This document shows positions 36,924 to 50,434 of a stretch of 64,000 nt of DNA, piece after piece; the first letter of the stretch is position 1, and every line of letters starts with the position of its first letter. The DNA comes from Octopus sinensis. Lineage: Eukaryota. The notes beneath the pieces are model-generated. The model saw nothing but the letters and a program-made list of their open reading frames with translations. It made no database searches and had not been told where the DNA came from. The stretch lies in assembly GCF_006345805.1 (NCBI RefSeq), contig NC_042997.1, forward strand, positions 170,500,001-170,564,000, read 5' to 3'. The translations under genes and the position numbers were made by a program.

Positions 36924-37213
36924 GTGAGGAAAACGGTAGGAGGAAGAAATTCTAACTCATGGATTGTTGCAGTGGGAAGCTGTGTATCAAGATACTGAGT
37001 CATCCTTAGACAGGAGGTCTGATTGCATGCAACAATGTTTGGTTTCTGCTGAACATGCTAGGAGGTCAAAAATGATGTTAATGGTGAGCTGGCAGAGTTG
37101 TTGGAGTGTTGAATAGAATGCCTTGTGGCGTTTGTTCCAACTCCCTGCACACTGAGTTTAAATCCTGATGAAATCAACATTTTTTTTTTTACCTTTTTGG
37201 AGGGTTACACACA

Positions 37214-37249
<36 letters not shown>

Positions 37250-37571
37250 TAAATAGATAGGTACCAAGCATACTTGTAAACATACACACATATAAAGTAA
37301 ACAGTAGGATCTAAGTGATGGTGTGTGCTGATAATCAATAAGTGTAAACAGTTCAAAAGTGGAATTCAGTTTGAAGAAAATGTGCAATTTCAGTGCAGTA
37401 AATTGACAGAACTACAAAAACGTTGGATTTGCTGCCTTGCAGTATTTTTTCCTATTCTATGCTTTCTAAGTTCAAATGTAGCACAGACCTACATAGATGG
37501 TAGATTCAAATCCACCACCCAGTTTAACACCATCACCTGACACTTTAGATACCTTTAGCTTAATCCATTCT

Positions 37572-37805
37572 TGTTTTTTTATTGTCCACAAGGGGCTAAA
37601 CATAAAGGGGACAAACAAGGACAGGCAAAGGGATTAAGTCGATTACATCAACCCTCAGTGTATAACTGGTACTTAATTTATCGACCCCGAAAGGATGAAA
37701 GGCAAAGTCAACCTCGGTGGAATTTGAACTCAGAACGTAATGGCAGATGAAATACCGCTAAGCATTTCACCCGGCATGCTAACATTTCTGCCAGCTCGCT
37801 GCCTT
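37572..37805 (-). mobile_element. SINE family B, full monomer
   Basis: Reverse complement of 11190-11420. Confidence 0.85.
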
Positions 37806-37968
37806 AATCCATTCTGCTTAATCCATTCTACTGCAAGCATTTGGACCAGATCACAAGTTTAAGGAACTCTTCTAACCTTCCCACCACTCTTGGAGTCCTG
37901 TCAAGGGTCATAGGCATGACCTTTTCTCCTGACAAGTAAAAGAAATAAAAACCTTGGTGTTGGTTTAA

Positions 37969-38188
37969 CCCTTTTGATACCAACCCACCAGAGGCTGCTC
38001 CCAAATCTTATAACATGAACTTACTGTTTTAAAGTGGTCTAAATTGTAATCTTCCATCCAAATTTCATGCTAAATTGTTCCAGGCCCCAGCTTACTAATT
38101 TGAAAATTATTTGACTAAATTCTTCATTTTTTAAAAAATTAATTGAAACAAAGGCAGCCTATGTTAGCAGAAGTATGGTAACAAAAGG
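37969..38188. mobile_element. piggyBac-type MITE
   Basis: ttaa|cccttttgatacc ... ggtaacaaaagg|ttat. Confidence 0.7.
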
Positions 38189-38856
38189 TTATAAGCTTGC
38201 CATCAAGAATAGGGACAGTGTATTTGACAAGCTTCCATGCAGTTTCCATCTACCTAATTCCATTAACAAAGCTTTGATCAATCTAAACACACTTGGCCAA
38301 TATGTCACACAACAAGATAAAAATGGACTTATGATTGTAAAGCAAACTTCTTAACCAAATAGTCATGTCTGCACTTCAAGAAACAATAACAACATACTGA
38401 ACTGAATTATTATTATTATTGCTGCTGTAAATAAACTCACCAACACTTCTTATACTTTATCCACAGACAGTCAACAGAATGTGATTCCTTGATAGTTCTT
38501 TGATTTGCATTATCAAACTTCAGTAGACAGAAGAAGTGATGCTGTTATACAGTTCAAAGCTAGCTACAATTGATTTTTCAGCAAAAGTCATGTGATCTTC
38601 ATCTAGACAGTTGACAAGAAAAATTCTTCAATGTCAATGAAATTTCTCTCTCTCTCTCTTGAAACCTGAGACATTTTAGTAGAATAAGGTCTCAGACATT
38701 GACATCATGTGGTAGAAATCACAAAACTGGAAAATAGCTTCTGCCAAGTATCAATGTTATTTTGTTAACTAATTCACAGTTAACTTGCTAGACAGACGGA
38801 CAGTGGGAAGGAAGGAAGGGAAGACAGGAAGGAGAGAAAAAGATCGGTTCATTAGC

Positions 38857-38891
<35 letters not shown>

Positions 38892-39689
38892 CTTAATTCA
38901 TTTCAGAATTACTATTTATAACACACTATATTTGGGTATATGTACATGTTCACATATATGTGCGTGTGCATGTGTGCATGTGTGTGTGCTTGCGTGTACA
39001 CACACATGCATGCACACACACACACATACACACATATATATATATGAGTGAGTGGACAAAAAATAGAAGGGCACTCAACAAATTTATTGGGAGTTATATG
39101 TACGGATCAAACAGTTTGATTCAAATTCGTTGGTACTCCAAGTTTCAAGTGTGATGCTAGTTTTCAGCCATTTTTGAATTTGAATGAAACAAGTTGATTG
39201 TTATTACCATAAGGTGGGCTATAATTAGCTGAGGAAGGTCACGTGGTGTTGAGGCTTGATGTTGGTATATTGGTATATCAGTGACAACAGTTAGTTGGAA
39301 AATCTTGCATGGTGAACAGAAAAGTGACCACATGGTGGACAGGAAATCAGTTGGGTTGTTGGAGAGGAAATAGGAAGGAGTGGTATGTGGAAGTATATTG
39401 TTGTATATGTGGTGGTGTGGATGTAGTCATATGGTTTTATGTGCATGTGCATTTGAACATGGGCATGCACAGACATACCCACACACACACATATATGAAT
39501 GAACATATGCACATGCACACACACATACATGCACATACACACATGTACAGACACATGCATATTCATTTATATGTACATATGTATATATGCATGCATGTAT
39601 GCATAGATACTAGTGTGCACATGCATGCACATAGACATGCATACATGCACATAACAAGTGTTGGGGACTGATAAGCATTGGGAATTGGT

Positions 39690-40160
39690 AAGCTTTTCAG
39701 CTCTCATAATGTCAAGGTGAGCTACACCTGCTTAGACAATATCGATGTAACATCACCTGCATCAACAGACGTAAAAATGCACCTGCAACACCCTCAATCC
39801 CAACCTGTGCCCTGGAGAAGGATCTGGCCTCTCAACAGTTGTAGCATTACTAGGCACTATTCGGGTATGATAGCTAATGACTTCAAGGGAAGATACTCCC
39901 AGCATATTCACTCATTCAGATCCAGGGATAGAGAGAACTCTACTTCCCTGTTTCTCTGGAGACTCTGTGACATCAAATGCACTATTGTCAACAGAGCACC
40001 ACCATATTCACCCAGCGCTCCCATCTGCCAGCTCTGCCTGTGCAGAAAAATGCATGTCCTCCAACAAACTGCAGTATCCATCAACAAGAAATACGACTTA
40101 TCTTATTGCTGTCACCAGAGGTATGCCCTTCTGGTAAATTTCAAGCCTCTGACTGCCAAC
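39690..40160 (+). pseudogene. Degenerate Penelope-like element C-terminus (GIY-YIG endonuclease region)
   Basis: HNVKVSYTCLDN, YSGMIANDFKGRYSQHIHSF, RAPPYSP..ICQLCL, INKKYDL..CCH match the PLE endonuclease pattern FK.RY..H..SF / PY...C.LCL.EK / LN.R.E...C.H. Confidence 0.75.
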
Positions 40161-40269
40161 AACCCGGATGTACTACCTTAGTACCAGTTGCTACTCTGCA
40201 CTGCTGGCACCAAGCCCACTGTTACCAACCAATCCAAGTGATGTTGGGGTGGGTGGACAAACACAGGCA

Positions 40270-40498
40270 TACAAGCATACACACACACACACACATATAT
40301 ATATTTATAAGCAACAAGGATATCCAAAGGTAGTGTAGTACAATTGTTTCATGCCCATCATATATATGTATATACATATATTTTGGTCGGTCTGAAGTTA
40401 TAGTAGAAGACACTTGCCCAAGGTGCCACGCAGTGGGACTGAACGCGGAACCATGTGGTTCGTAAGCAAGCTACTTACCACACAGCCACTCCTATGCC
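40270..40498 (-). mobile_element. SINE family A 5' part
   Basis: tagtagaagacacttgcccaaggtgccacgcagtgggactgaacgcggaaccatgtggttcgtaagcaagctacttaccacacagccactcctatgcc. Confidence 0.85.
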
Positions 40499-41215
40499 TG
40501 TACTTTGACTATTTTCTAATCCTGGTTTGCTATTTCATTATAATAGTCCTAGAAATTTAGCATTGTCTGGGACCATGGTATTAATAACGGAGAGCCATTT
40601 TGATCTGTATAAGCTAGACCACCACCTGGGCTTTCCACAATCAGAACGGCTCTCCTGTGGCTCAATGTTAGAAAGCAATAATGTTCTGCCGAGATTTCCA
40701 TGTAGCTATTGAAGTTATCTCCACAGTTTGTTGTGCAGGCACTTGCATCTTTTCTACTGAATTCACATGTGTGTATGTGTGCTGTTTGTTCATCTAATAT
40801 GACTATAGTATTTCTCAGATAGTGACAAGTGTTTCCCGTAAGGCATACTGAGAATATATTATGAATCTCGTAAAGACAATTTTATTTCAGACTGTGTCAG
40901 AAAATAAATATAGTTCATGTGATACATTCTCTCGGAGGATATTAGAAATAAATATAATTCTCATAGAGTCACAAGATATCAGAAATAATTATGGTTCTTC
41001 TCATATAGTCACAATATTTAATCTTAGATAGTGTCAAAAAATATTTTATATAGTTGCAATATTTTATCACAGACAATTTCAGAAAGAACCCTACTTCTTT
41101 ATATGTAATCATACTGTTTAATTTAAGTCAATGTTAGAAATTCTTATGCACAAAGCCAAGAGACCTTCAACAATATATATATGTAAATATCTTCTAGGTC
41201 TTGTTTGCTGAGAGC

Positions 41216-41585
41216 AAATTTTTAGACTATTATAATGAAATAGCAAACCAAGATTAGAAAATAGTCAAAGTACAGGCAAGGTTTAATCTCAAAAATATCT
41301 AATGTTCTCAAATAGTCATAAGATTAAATAGCAAACCAAGATTAGAAAATAGTGAAAGTACAGGTATAGGTTTAATCTCAAAAATATCTAATGTTCTCAT
41401 ATAGTTATAAGATTAAATAGCAAACCAAGATTAGAAAATAGTGAAAGTACAGGTATAGGTTTAATCTCAAAAATATCTAGTGTTCTCATATAGTCATAAG
41501 ATTAAATAGCAAACCAAGATTAGAGAATAATCAAAGTACAGGCAAGGTTTAATCTCAAAAATATCTAGTGTTCTCATATAGTCAC
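41216..41585. repeat. 89-bp tandem array (4 units) inside a degenerate AT-rich minisatellite (about 40800-41830)
   Basis: gattaaatagcaaaccaag at 41322, 41411 and 41500. Confidence 0.9.
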
Positions 41586-42287
41586 AATGTGTCACCATAG
41601 ACAATCTCAGTAATAACTATGGTCCTTCCCATATAGTCATTGACAATGTAAGAAGTAACTTCAGTTCTTCTCATATATTCACAATATTTAATCTCATACA
41701 ATGTCAGACATAACTATAGTTCTCATATAGTCACAATACTTAAAGACAATATCAGAAATAACTATGGTTCTTCTCATAAAGAAGCAATGTGTCCTCATAG
41801 ACAATGTAATAGTTCTCTTGATACTATTTTATCATAACACGGAATTTTCCTTCAGACATTTGTTTTTGTTTTCATTTTTATTTCTCTTAGAATTTTTCTC
41901 TTGACTCTTGAAAAGAAAACAATTAAATCAAGGAACAATGTTTCAGTGTCTATGATAGCGTGTATGTTTGTGTGTCTGTTCATGTGTGTGGTTTATATGT
42001 GTTTATTTGTTGTCGTGTCTGTCTGTATTGTCTATGGTGTATTTCGTGTGTCTGCATACAGCTGTTTTTTTTTCTCTTTCAGGTTATGTTTGTTTATGTG
42101 ATTGTATGTGTGTGTGTGTCTGTGTGTGTGTGTGTGATGGTGTATGTTTTGTGTATGTTTCAGTTTTTGTATGTGTGTGCAATTTAGTATTTTGCATGCT
42201 TGTATACATGCATGGATTTTTGTATGCTTGCATTTGTTTGGTTGAATGTCATCAAATACTTCAAATGAAAAATGAATGTGTATGTGT

Positions 42288-42342
<55 letters not shown>

Positions 42343-43518
42343 TGTGTGAGCTTTGGCATGGTTTCTATGGCCGAATGCCTTTCCTAATGCCAGCCACTTT
42401 ATGGTGTTCACTGGGTACTGTTTTTGCCCCATCAGTACTAATAAGGTTCAAGTAACTTTCAAGGCAGAAAAAGATTAGAGGAAAAGGAAAAAGGAAAAGC
42501 TCTCAATACTAAAGAGGGTGATATTAAAGAGGGGGAGGTGACTTTATACAAAGTGCTGAAAGACTAAAGAATGATAGAGAAACAAACATATGCATATATT
42601 GAGATATCGATATAGATATATGCATGCATGCATACGTACATACATACATACATACTTAGATTCATACATTACATGCAGTACTAAGGTATGTGTATATATC
42701 TTCTTGGCAGTCTCTCAGGCCTATAAAGACAATTCTACAATTCCTTGCTGAAGAATTTTCACAGATGATTTGTTTATTGGGCTCCCTCCCTCCATCGAAT
42801 CGACATTGCCTATACAGGTTCATGATGTGTCACATGTCATCAGGTCATGATGTGTCACATCTCACAAAGTAGTCATGAAGCAATGTGAAATTAAGCGACT
42901 TGCTCAAAAGCAACGCAGTGCCTGGTTTGGGAATTGAAATCATGAACTTGCAATTGTGAGTGCAACACCCTAACCACTAAGTGATACATATACATCCTCC
43001 TCCTCATCCCCGCCCCTATCCTCCCCCGCATCCCCCGGGGGGAGGATGGGGGGGGGGAGTTTAAACCTCAGTAATATTTTTCTAAACTTTTTCTGGAATA
43101 AATGAACCACAAAGTCAAATTCAGCATGAAAAAGTACATCAATATATCAAATTTGAAAATCTTCACTTAATTTTAAAATTACTAAATCTGTGACAGCAAC
43201 AGAAAAGATCTCTCTCTCTTTCTCCCTCCCTCCTTAACTCCCTCCCTTTCCCTCTCTCTTCCCCCCTCTTTCTCTATCTATCAGTCTCTTTCACTTTTTG
43301 CTTTTCTCATTGTAAACTTCCCCTCTCTATATATATTTACCACTCTCTCTCTTCCCCCCTCTCTCTCTGTATATTATATTCCTCATGCTGAGTATGTGTG
43401 TGTGTGTCAATGTATGTTTATGCATGTGTGTAAGGAGTTTCATTAGGGTGACTGTGATTGAAAGAAGGTATGTAATTTATTTTAATAACATATTTTTCTG
43501 TTAGTAGATATGTTTTTT

Positions 43519-43558
<40 letters not shown>

Positions 43559-43832
43559 ACATACATGGACTCACTTGGTGTGGGGTGGCAGTTAAAAATT
43601 TAAATTAGAAAACTTTTCTTGCTGTTGTTTAAATCCCAGCGATAGACCACCCTTGGGCTAAACAAAACTGTTACTTCTTCATCATTGAATAGAATGCTGT
43701 ATAGCAATTGTTATAATCCACGGTGCTCAGAGTTCAAACCCCACTGAAGTCTTTGCCTTTCATTGTTTCAGGTTGATTAAAAAAAATACCCATCCAAGGC
43801 TGTTGATTGGCAGAACTATTAGAGAGTAACTA

Positions 43833-44066
43833 AGGCGGTGAGCTGGTAGAATTGTTAGCACGCCAGGTGAAATGCTTAGTGGTATTTCGTCTGTCTTTAT
43901 GTTCTGAGTTCAAATTCCGCCGAGGTTGACTTTGCCTTTCATCTTTTAGGGGTCGATAAATTAAGTACCAGTTACACACTGGGGTCGATGTAATTGACTT
44001 AATTCCTTTGTCTGTCCTTGTTTGTCCCCTCTATGTTTAGCCCCTTGTGAGTAATAAAGAAATAAG
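43833..44066 (+). mobile_element. SINE family B, full monomer
   Basis: ggcggtgagctggtagaattgttagc...gtaataaagaaataagaa. Confidence 0.85.
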
Positions 44067-44874
44067 AATTATTAGAGAGTAAGATGAGATGCCTTGCAAT
44101 ATCTGTACTGGTTCTTGGTATCCTGATGGCAGTGCCTACCACAACACTACCAAGATGTATTAGTCCAAGTTGGCAGCCTTTCCCCTGGATTAATATTAGT
44201 GTCACAGAGAGGGGAGACTGAATCCATGGGCGGTTCTCAAGTCTTCCTCTTAATTCTCTTACTTAGGTTTGTTCATACATGAACAGATGCACAATCGACC
44301 ATGAATAATGGAGGGACCTGTTGTTATATCATCCTTTTGTTCTTCTCAGTTCAAATCCTGGCACGGTAGACTGCTTTTTGTATTTCTGCCGGAGGAGGTT
44401 TAATAAAATAAGCACCAGTTAAGTGCTGGAGTCAATCTGATGAAATGTTCTCCCCCATTTACTACATAGACAAAAAAACAAACTATTAAACTATTATTCT
44501 GAGTATAGACATTTGAACTGAAGAGATCAAACGTGTTATAAACTTATATAATTTTAGATAGGTTTATAATATATCAGAGTTTGTGTTGTGTCTATATTAG
44601 TTAATTAGTTGTTTATATTATATTTGTGATGTTAATGTTTTTATTAAAAAATAAACCTTTTATTATAATATGATTATTACTAAAAGCTCTACCAAAGTTC
44701 AATAGATTGATTTTCTGTAGAATTATTTGGATAATTTAATAAACAGAAGTTGTGTCAATGTTAGAAAATAAGATTTAGAGATGACTAGAGTGGCAAATTG
44801 CCAGAATTAATAAAATTTCCAACAAAATACTGCTGTGTTATAATATTTTGGTCGCTATTTTCGAAGCCTGTTAG

Positions 44875-44919
44875 GTTAAGCACCTACACATGATGCTGAA
44901 ATCTGCATCTGTTACAAAG
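44875..44919 (+). CDS. Candidate 45-nt host exon (VKHLHMMLKSASVTK)
   Basis: ctgttag acceptor, aag|gtttgt donor, only phase 0 is open, length divisible by 3. Confidence 0.35.
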
Positions 44920-45170
44920 GTTTGTATTTGTCTTGTTCTTTTCAACCAAATAATTTGAAGGTACCTGTCAAGCTAAGTTTACTATATGTTCCACACTACC
45001 ACACATACACACACAAACGAAAATTTTGCAGGTTCATGTCAGTGATAGATATAAGTATTTACAATTTACATGGTTGATAGAAATATCTGAGGTTGTAGAG
45101 TTCTGCTATACATAAAAATATTTTAATGAAAGCCATCTAGCCAATTGGCAAAAACTCATACACCAACATA

Positions 45171-46736
45171 CTGTAGTGGCTAAAATTTAGAGAATGATAA
45201 TAAAAATTAGATATTTACATTTCTACTTCATTTTTCTGAACTGGATTTTTACTGTATATACTTATATACGCTAAAGTATGTTCATTATTTACAATAAATT
45301 TTGTAGGAAGTGATTAATAACTAAATAGTATATAATAGAGAAAATGTTTATTTGAAAAATACAAGATGGAAAAAATATGGCTTAAATTAAAAAAATAGAA
45401 TCTGCCAACACTCCGACCAATGTAAACAAAGTTTACTTAACAGTGCAAAGAATCATATTGAACAGTAGTGAATTAAGAACAATGGAAAGCCTCAGTAAGT
45501 ATGTAATCACACCGGAAAAAGAAAGAATGACAATTTTTGCTTTTATCAGAGACATTAATTGATCAAAAAATGTTGTTTCAAGAAAACTCAAGCTTTATGA
45601 AGAAACAATCTTGTTTGTGTCATTAGAAAAACGAAGGAGACCATGGAAAACAAGTGTTCTGCAAGACTGTGTTATTCAGAGGCTGTTGTTAAGAGACCAT
45701 TTCGATACTACTGCAGTTATGTCTTGCCAAATTGTGATTATGGGATAAATGTGTCTCAGAAGGTTGTGGCTCATCATTTAAAAGAAGTCAGGCTTCATTC
45801 ACAATCCCCTGCCATTAAACCTCTCATCAGTAATGAAGAACAAAAAAGTGAAGTTAGTCTTTGCGAAAGAGCACGTACTTTGGACTTACTACAACTGATT
45901 GCGTGTGATCTTCAGTGATGAAAGCAAGTTCAATTTGGTTGGCTCCATTGGTAGACAGAATATGAAAAATAGTAAAGGTGAAAGATTGCTCCCTAAATGC
46001 ATGTAGAAATCAGTGAATTTTAGAGGTTGGGGGTTTAATGGTGTGGGGAATGGTTTCTGCAGTAGGTGTTGGGCCTTTGATCCAGATCCAAGGTAATGTG
46101 AATGCAGCCATATACAAAAGCAAAGTTCTGCAGCATGTTTTGTCAGCTTTCTCCAACTCATCAGCCAATCTTTATGCAGAATAATGTGCCACATCACTGC
46201 TAAAATAGTTAAGGAGGTGTTTGAAGCTGAAAACATCACTGTGATGTGTTGGCCAGCTCAGAACACTGACCTTAATCCCATTGAAAACTTATGGAAGATA
46301 CTTGGTGATCAGATCAGAGAACACTAACCTGTGAATGTTATGATTTTGTAGGGAAAACTTCAAGAAGAATGGAATAAAATTATGTCAGAACAGTGTGAGA
46401 AATTGGTCCAGTTCTGTGGATGGAGATGTGCTGAAGTCATTAAAAATGAAATAATGTACACATATTAATATATTGATGTGGATTGTAAAAATTTCTAGCA
46501 AAATTTTGATTTCTTGAACTTTATGTCATATGTCCTCTAATTTTGTCCATCTTGTATTTTTCAAATAAATATTTTTCTATCATAAATTACTTAGTTATTA
46601 ATCACTTCCTACAAAATTTATTGTAAATAATGAACTACTTTAAAATATATACAGTAAAAATTCCATTTGGGAAAATGAAGTAGAAATTTAAATACCTTTA
46701 ATTTTTATTTTTGTTTTTTAATTTTAGCCACTATTG
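45171..46736 (+). mobile_element. Degenerate Tc1-family transposon (about 1.57 kb)
   Basis: TIRs ta|ctgtagtggctaaaatt / aattttagccactattg|ta; motifs VIFSDESKFNL and WPAQNTDLNPIENLW. Confidence 0.9.
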
Positions 46737-47440
46737 TATGCTACTAATGAGAGTATCTTTTATAGGCTTTTTTAACTGCTAGAAGCAACAATCAAATCTT
46801 CCTCAAATCACTCTCTGCCTTTCTAAAAAGGATCTATTGAATGATATAGTTCAAGATGTCCTGTGTCTAGAAAAAAATATATATGAGATAGTTACTGGCT
46901 GAACCCTTTTGATAATAGGCCTACCCAACCAGAGCTGAAATGAGGCTAAACGACAATGGTGAATGTTGTCTCACATGTTTGACATCTTTCATCCACAGTG
47001 ATTCCATCACATTAGGCCTAGCATTTGTAGCAAGTTTAGATTTAGTTGTGTTCATAACCAGAGAAGGTGTGATATTAAAGTATTTCCTATATATATGTAG
47101 CAATTGTCTACTTTCCTTATGCTGCTGAAGGGAACTTGGATTTTACGACTGTATTACAGGATGTTGTGAAAGTGTGTGGCTTAGTGGTGAGTGGTATTTG
47201 TCTCACAATCATAAGGTTGTGAGTCTGATTCTTGGTAGCACATTGTGTCCTTGAGCAAGGCATTTTATTTCACATTGCACCAGTTCACTCAGCTGGCAAA
47301 AATGAGTTGTACTTGTATTTCAAAGGGCCAGTCTTGTCACATTTTGTGTGTCATCTTGAATCTCCCTGAGAACTACCTGTGTTTGTGGGGTGCTCAGCCA
47401 CTTGCATGTTAATTTCATGTTTTGTTGATTGAATCAGTGA

Positions 47441-47775
47441 AGGCACATGGCTCAGTGGTTAGAGCGTCGAAGTCACGATCATGAGGTTGTGAGTTCGATT
47501 CCTGGACCGGGCTGTGTGTTGTGTTCTTGAGCAAGACACTTTATTTCATGTTGCTCCAGTTAACTCATCTATAGAAATGAGTTGCGACATCACTGGTGTC
47601 AAGATGTATCAGCCTTTGCCTTTCCCTTGGATAACATCAGTGGTGTGGAAAGAGGAGGCTGGTATGCATGGGCAACTTGCTGGCCTTCCATAAACAACCT
47701 TGCCTGGACTTGTGCCTTGGAAGGTAACTTTCTAGGTGCAATCTCATGGTCATTCATGACCGAAGGGGGACTCCT
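47441..47775 (+). mobile_element. SINE family D
   Basis: ggcacatggctcagtggttagagcgtc...gagttcgattcc...gaccgaaggggg. Confidence 0.85.
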
Positions 47776-48392
47776 CCTAACTGAATCAACTGGGACCCTT
47801 GTCATAACCAACAGAATGCCAGTTTTCTTATTTTATTATAGGATATTCTCAGGTTATTTGTTCATAGTAGTTTTAAATATCTGTAGTGAGGTGTTTCTGT
47901 TGCATAGAGAGGGCTAAAGTAGCTAGCTGGCAAAATTGTTACCATGCCAGACAAAATGCTTTAAGTTCTGATTTCAAATGTGACCAAGGTTGAACTTATC
48001 CTTCACCCTTTTGGGCTTAATAAGATAAATTTCAGTCAAGCACTAGTATTGATGTAATTAACTAGTCCCTTTCTTGCCCCAAATTTCAGGCCTTCTGCCT
48101 ATAGTATCAAGGATTATTATTAGTTTTATTAATGAACTGAGAGGGAAATTTCAATGTCTTGGAGATAAAAGAGTAATCTGGGCCTTTTGAATTATTTCTA
48201 AGTGGATTTCTTAACTATTGGGGGTTCTATTTATTTTTCTGAATTTAATTTTTATATATTTTGTTATATTCTTATTGTTGTTATTTTTCTTTTGAACGAT
48301 GTAAATGCCACTTTTTTGTGTGTTGTATTTTGTTCTTTGATATTGCACTCAATGTCGTGGGCCCTTATGGCCTATCAACAAAATCATCATCA

Positions 48393-48433
<41 letters not shown>

Positions 48434-49380
48434 GTTATAAATATTATTATTACCCTCTCATGCAAAAAACGTTTTATTTATGTTCCCATTAAGAGATTAT
48501 ATTTTGTAATGTTTAAAAAAAATTGGATTAATACTTATGTGTTGCATTATGTAGAATTTCCATAGAACGATGTGAGGAATTTGTTTTCATCCATTCATAT
48601 ATTTAGTTTCACTACCACATTTACAGAAAAAAAAAAGACGTTTTGAATATATTTTTACTGTTATCCAGTTTTCAGCAAAAAATGCCCAGAAAGGAAAAAA
48701 AAAAAAAGAACGTTCTGTTTTTGTTTTGCATTGATAAACACAGAGAGGGAAAAAACAAAATGAACAGAAACTTTTTTGAAGAAAACACTAACAGTAAAAA
48801 AGCAGGGAAAATATTTGCATTTTTAATATGAATTTAAGTGATATTAATGACTCAACTAATACCCACATCAACAATAGCAACAACAGCCTTCACATACACA
48901 CGAAAACAGATGATGGTATTTTGAATTCAGATCAGATGTGGTCGTTCATAAATATTCTCCAGAATAAAAAAAGCAGAAACAAAAAAACGCTTGGTGTGAA
49001 GTTTTTTGAAGAAATTACTGCAAAATGGAATTTATATGTGAATAAAGTGGGGACTTCTCTGCCTAACCAACGAAGAATGAAGGAAGGTGAAAAAAGAAAA
49101 ATTAATTCTACTTTGACAAAACTGCAGGGGTTTTCCTTGATACCTCTGAGGAGCATTTGGAGATTAATGAGACACAATAAAAGAAATTTCTTTCATTAGC
49201 TCTTTGGGCGATATCCAACTCAACTATTCTGCTTGTTTTATGTTCAAACAAGCCAGATCTGGCCTCTCACACCTACCCTATAATGTCATTGTAAATCACA
49301 TCATCAAAATCTAGAAGCTATGAGATAATACGTAATTAATTTAAAACAATGTCAATAAATAAGCATAACATTTGACAGAG

Positions 49381-49719
49381 GGAAGCTACATGGCTCAGTG
49401 GTTAGAGCATCGGGTTTACAAATGTGAGGTTGTGATTTCAATTCCCAGACCAGGCTGCGGGTTGTGTTCTTGAGCAAGTTGCTTTATTTTACATTGCTCC
49501 ATTTCACTCAGCTGTAGAAATGAGTTGCAACATCACTGGTGCTAAGCTATATTGGTATTTTCCTTTCTCTTAGACAATGTCAGTGATATGGAAAGGGAGG
49601 ACTGGTATGCATGAGCCACTACTGGTCTTCCACAAACGACCCAGACTTGTGCTTCAGGGAGGAACTTTCTAGATGCTACCCCACAATCATTCATGACCAA
49701 AGGGGGTCTTTACCCTTTG
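49381..49719 (+). mobile_element. SINE family D with exact 12-bp target-site duplication
   Basis: catttgacagag at 49369-49380 and 49720-49731. Confidence 0.9.
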
Positions 49720-50434
49720 CATTTGACAGAGTTATCTGGTTGCCAAAGGGTTAAGGAGAGGTTGGGGATAGGATATAATCTGTGTCATATTTGGAAGCTG
49801 AAAAGAAGGTAAAAGCTCAAACCTAGATAGTAAGAGTCATGCCTGTTCTTAAACTGACCCCACAATATACAGAATGGAAAAACATGAGGGCCACCATTAA
49901 TGACAAAAGAGATGATGTTGGCCCTTGGCTCATGATCACATTTGTGGAATAATATGGACAGTTGGTTGGTATTGATGTAACTATCCATGATACGTCATCA
50001 GGTGGGTTCATATGCATCATAGACTCCAGATTATTTTTAATGTTATTACTATTACTATTTCATTATCGTCATTATTATCATTGCTATTGTTATTTCATCA
50101 TCATCATAGTCATCGTCAGTGTTACCACCACCACCACCACCATCATTATTAAAGAGGTGTGCTGGCAGAATTTTTAGCACATCAGACAAAACATTTGGTG
50201 GTATTTCTTCTGCTTCTTTTGCATTCTGAGTTCAAATCCTGCATAAGTAACTTTGCCTTTCATCCTTTTGGGGGGCAATAAAACAAAGTACCAATCAAGT
50301 ACTGGAGTCAATGTAATCAATTTGCCCTTCCTCTCAAAAATTGCTGGCCTTGTGCCAAAAATATGAAATATGAAACCTTTATTATTATTATGATTATGAT
50401 TATTATTATGATTATGATTATTATTATTATTATT

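Noticed and set aside
38441-38602. Minus-strand exon candidates, one faintly dynein-like (SIVASFELYNSIT)
   Set aside because: The frame stops before the expected LLPTP motif and no linked exons were found
40560-40745. Minus-strand open frame of about 65 codons
   Set aside because: No convincing donor and no recognisable motif
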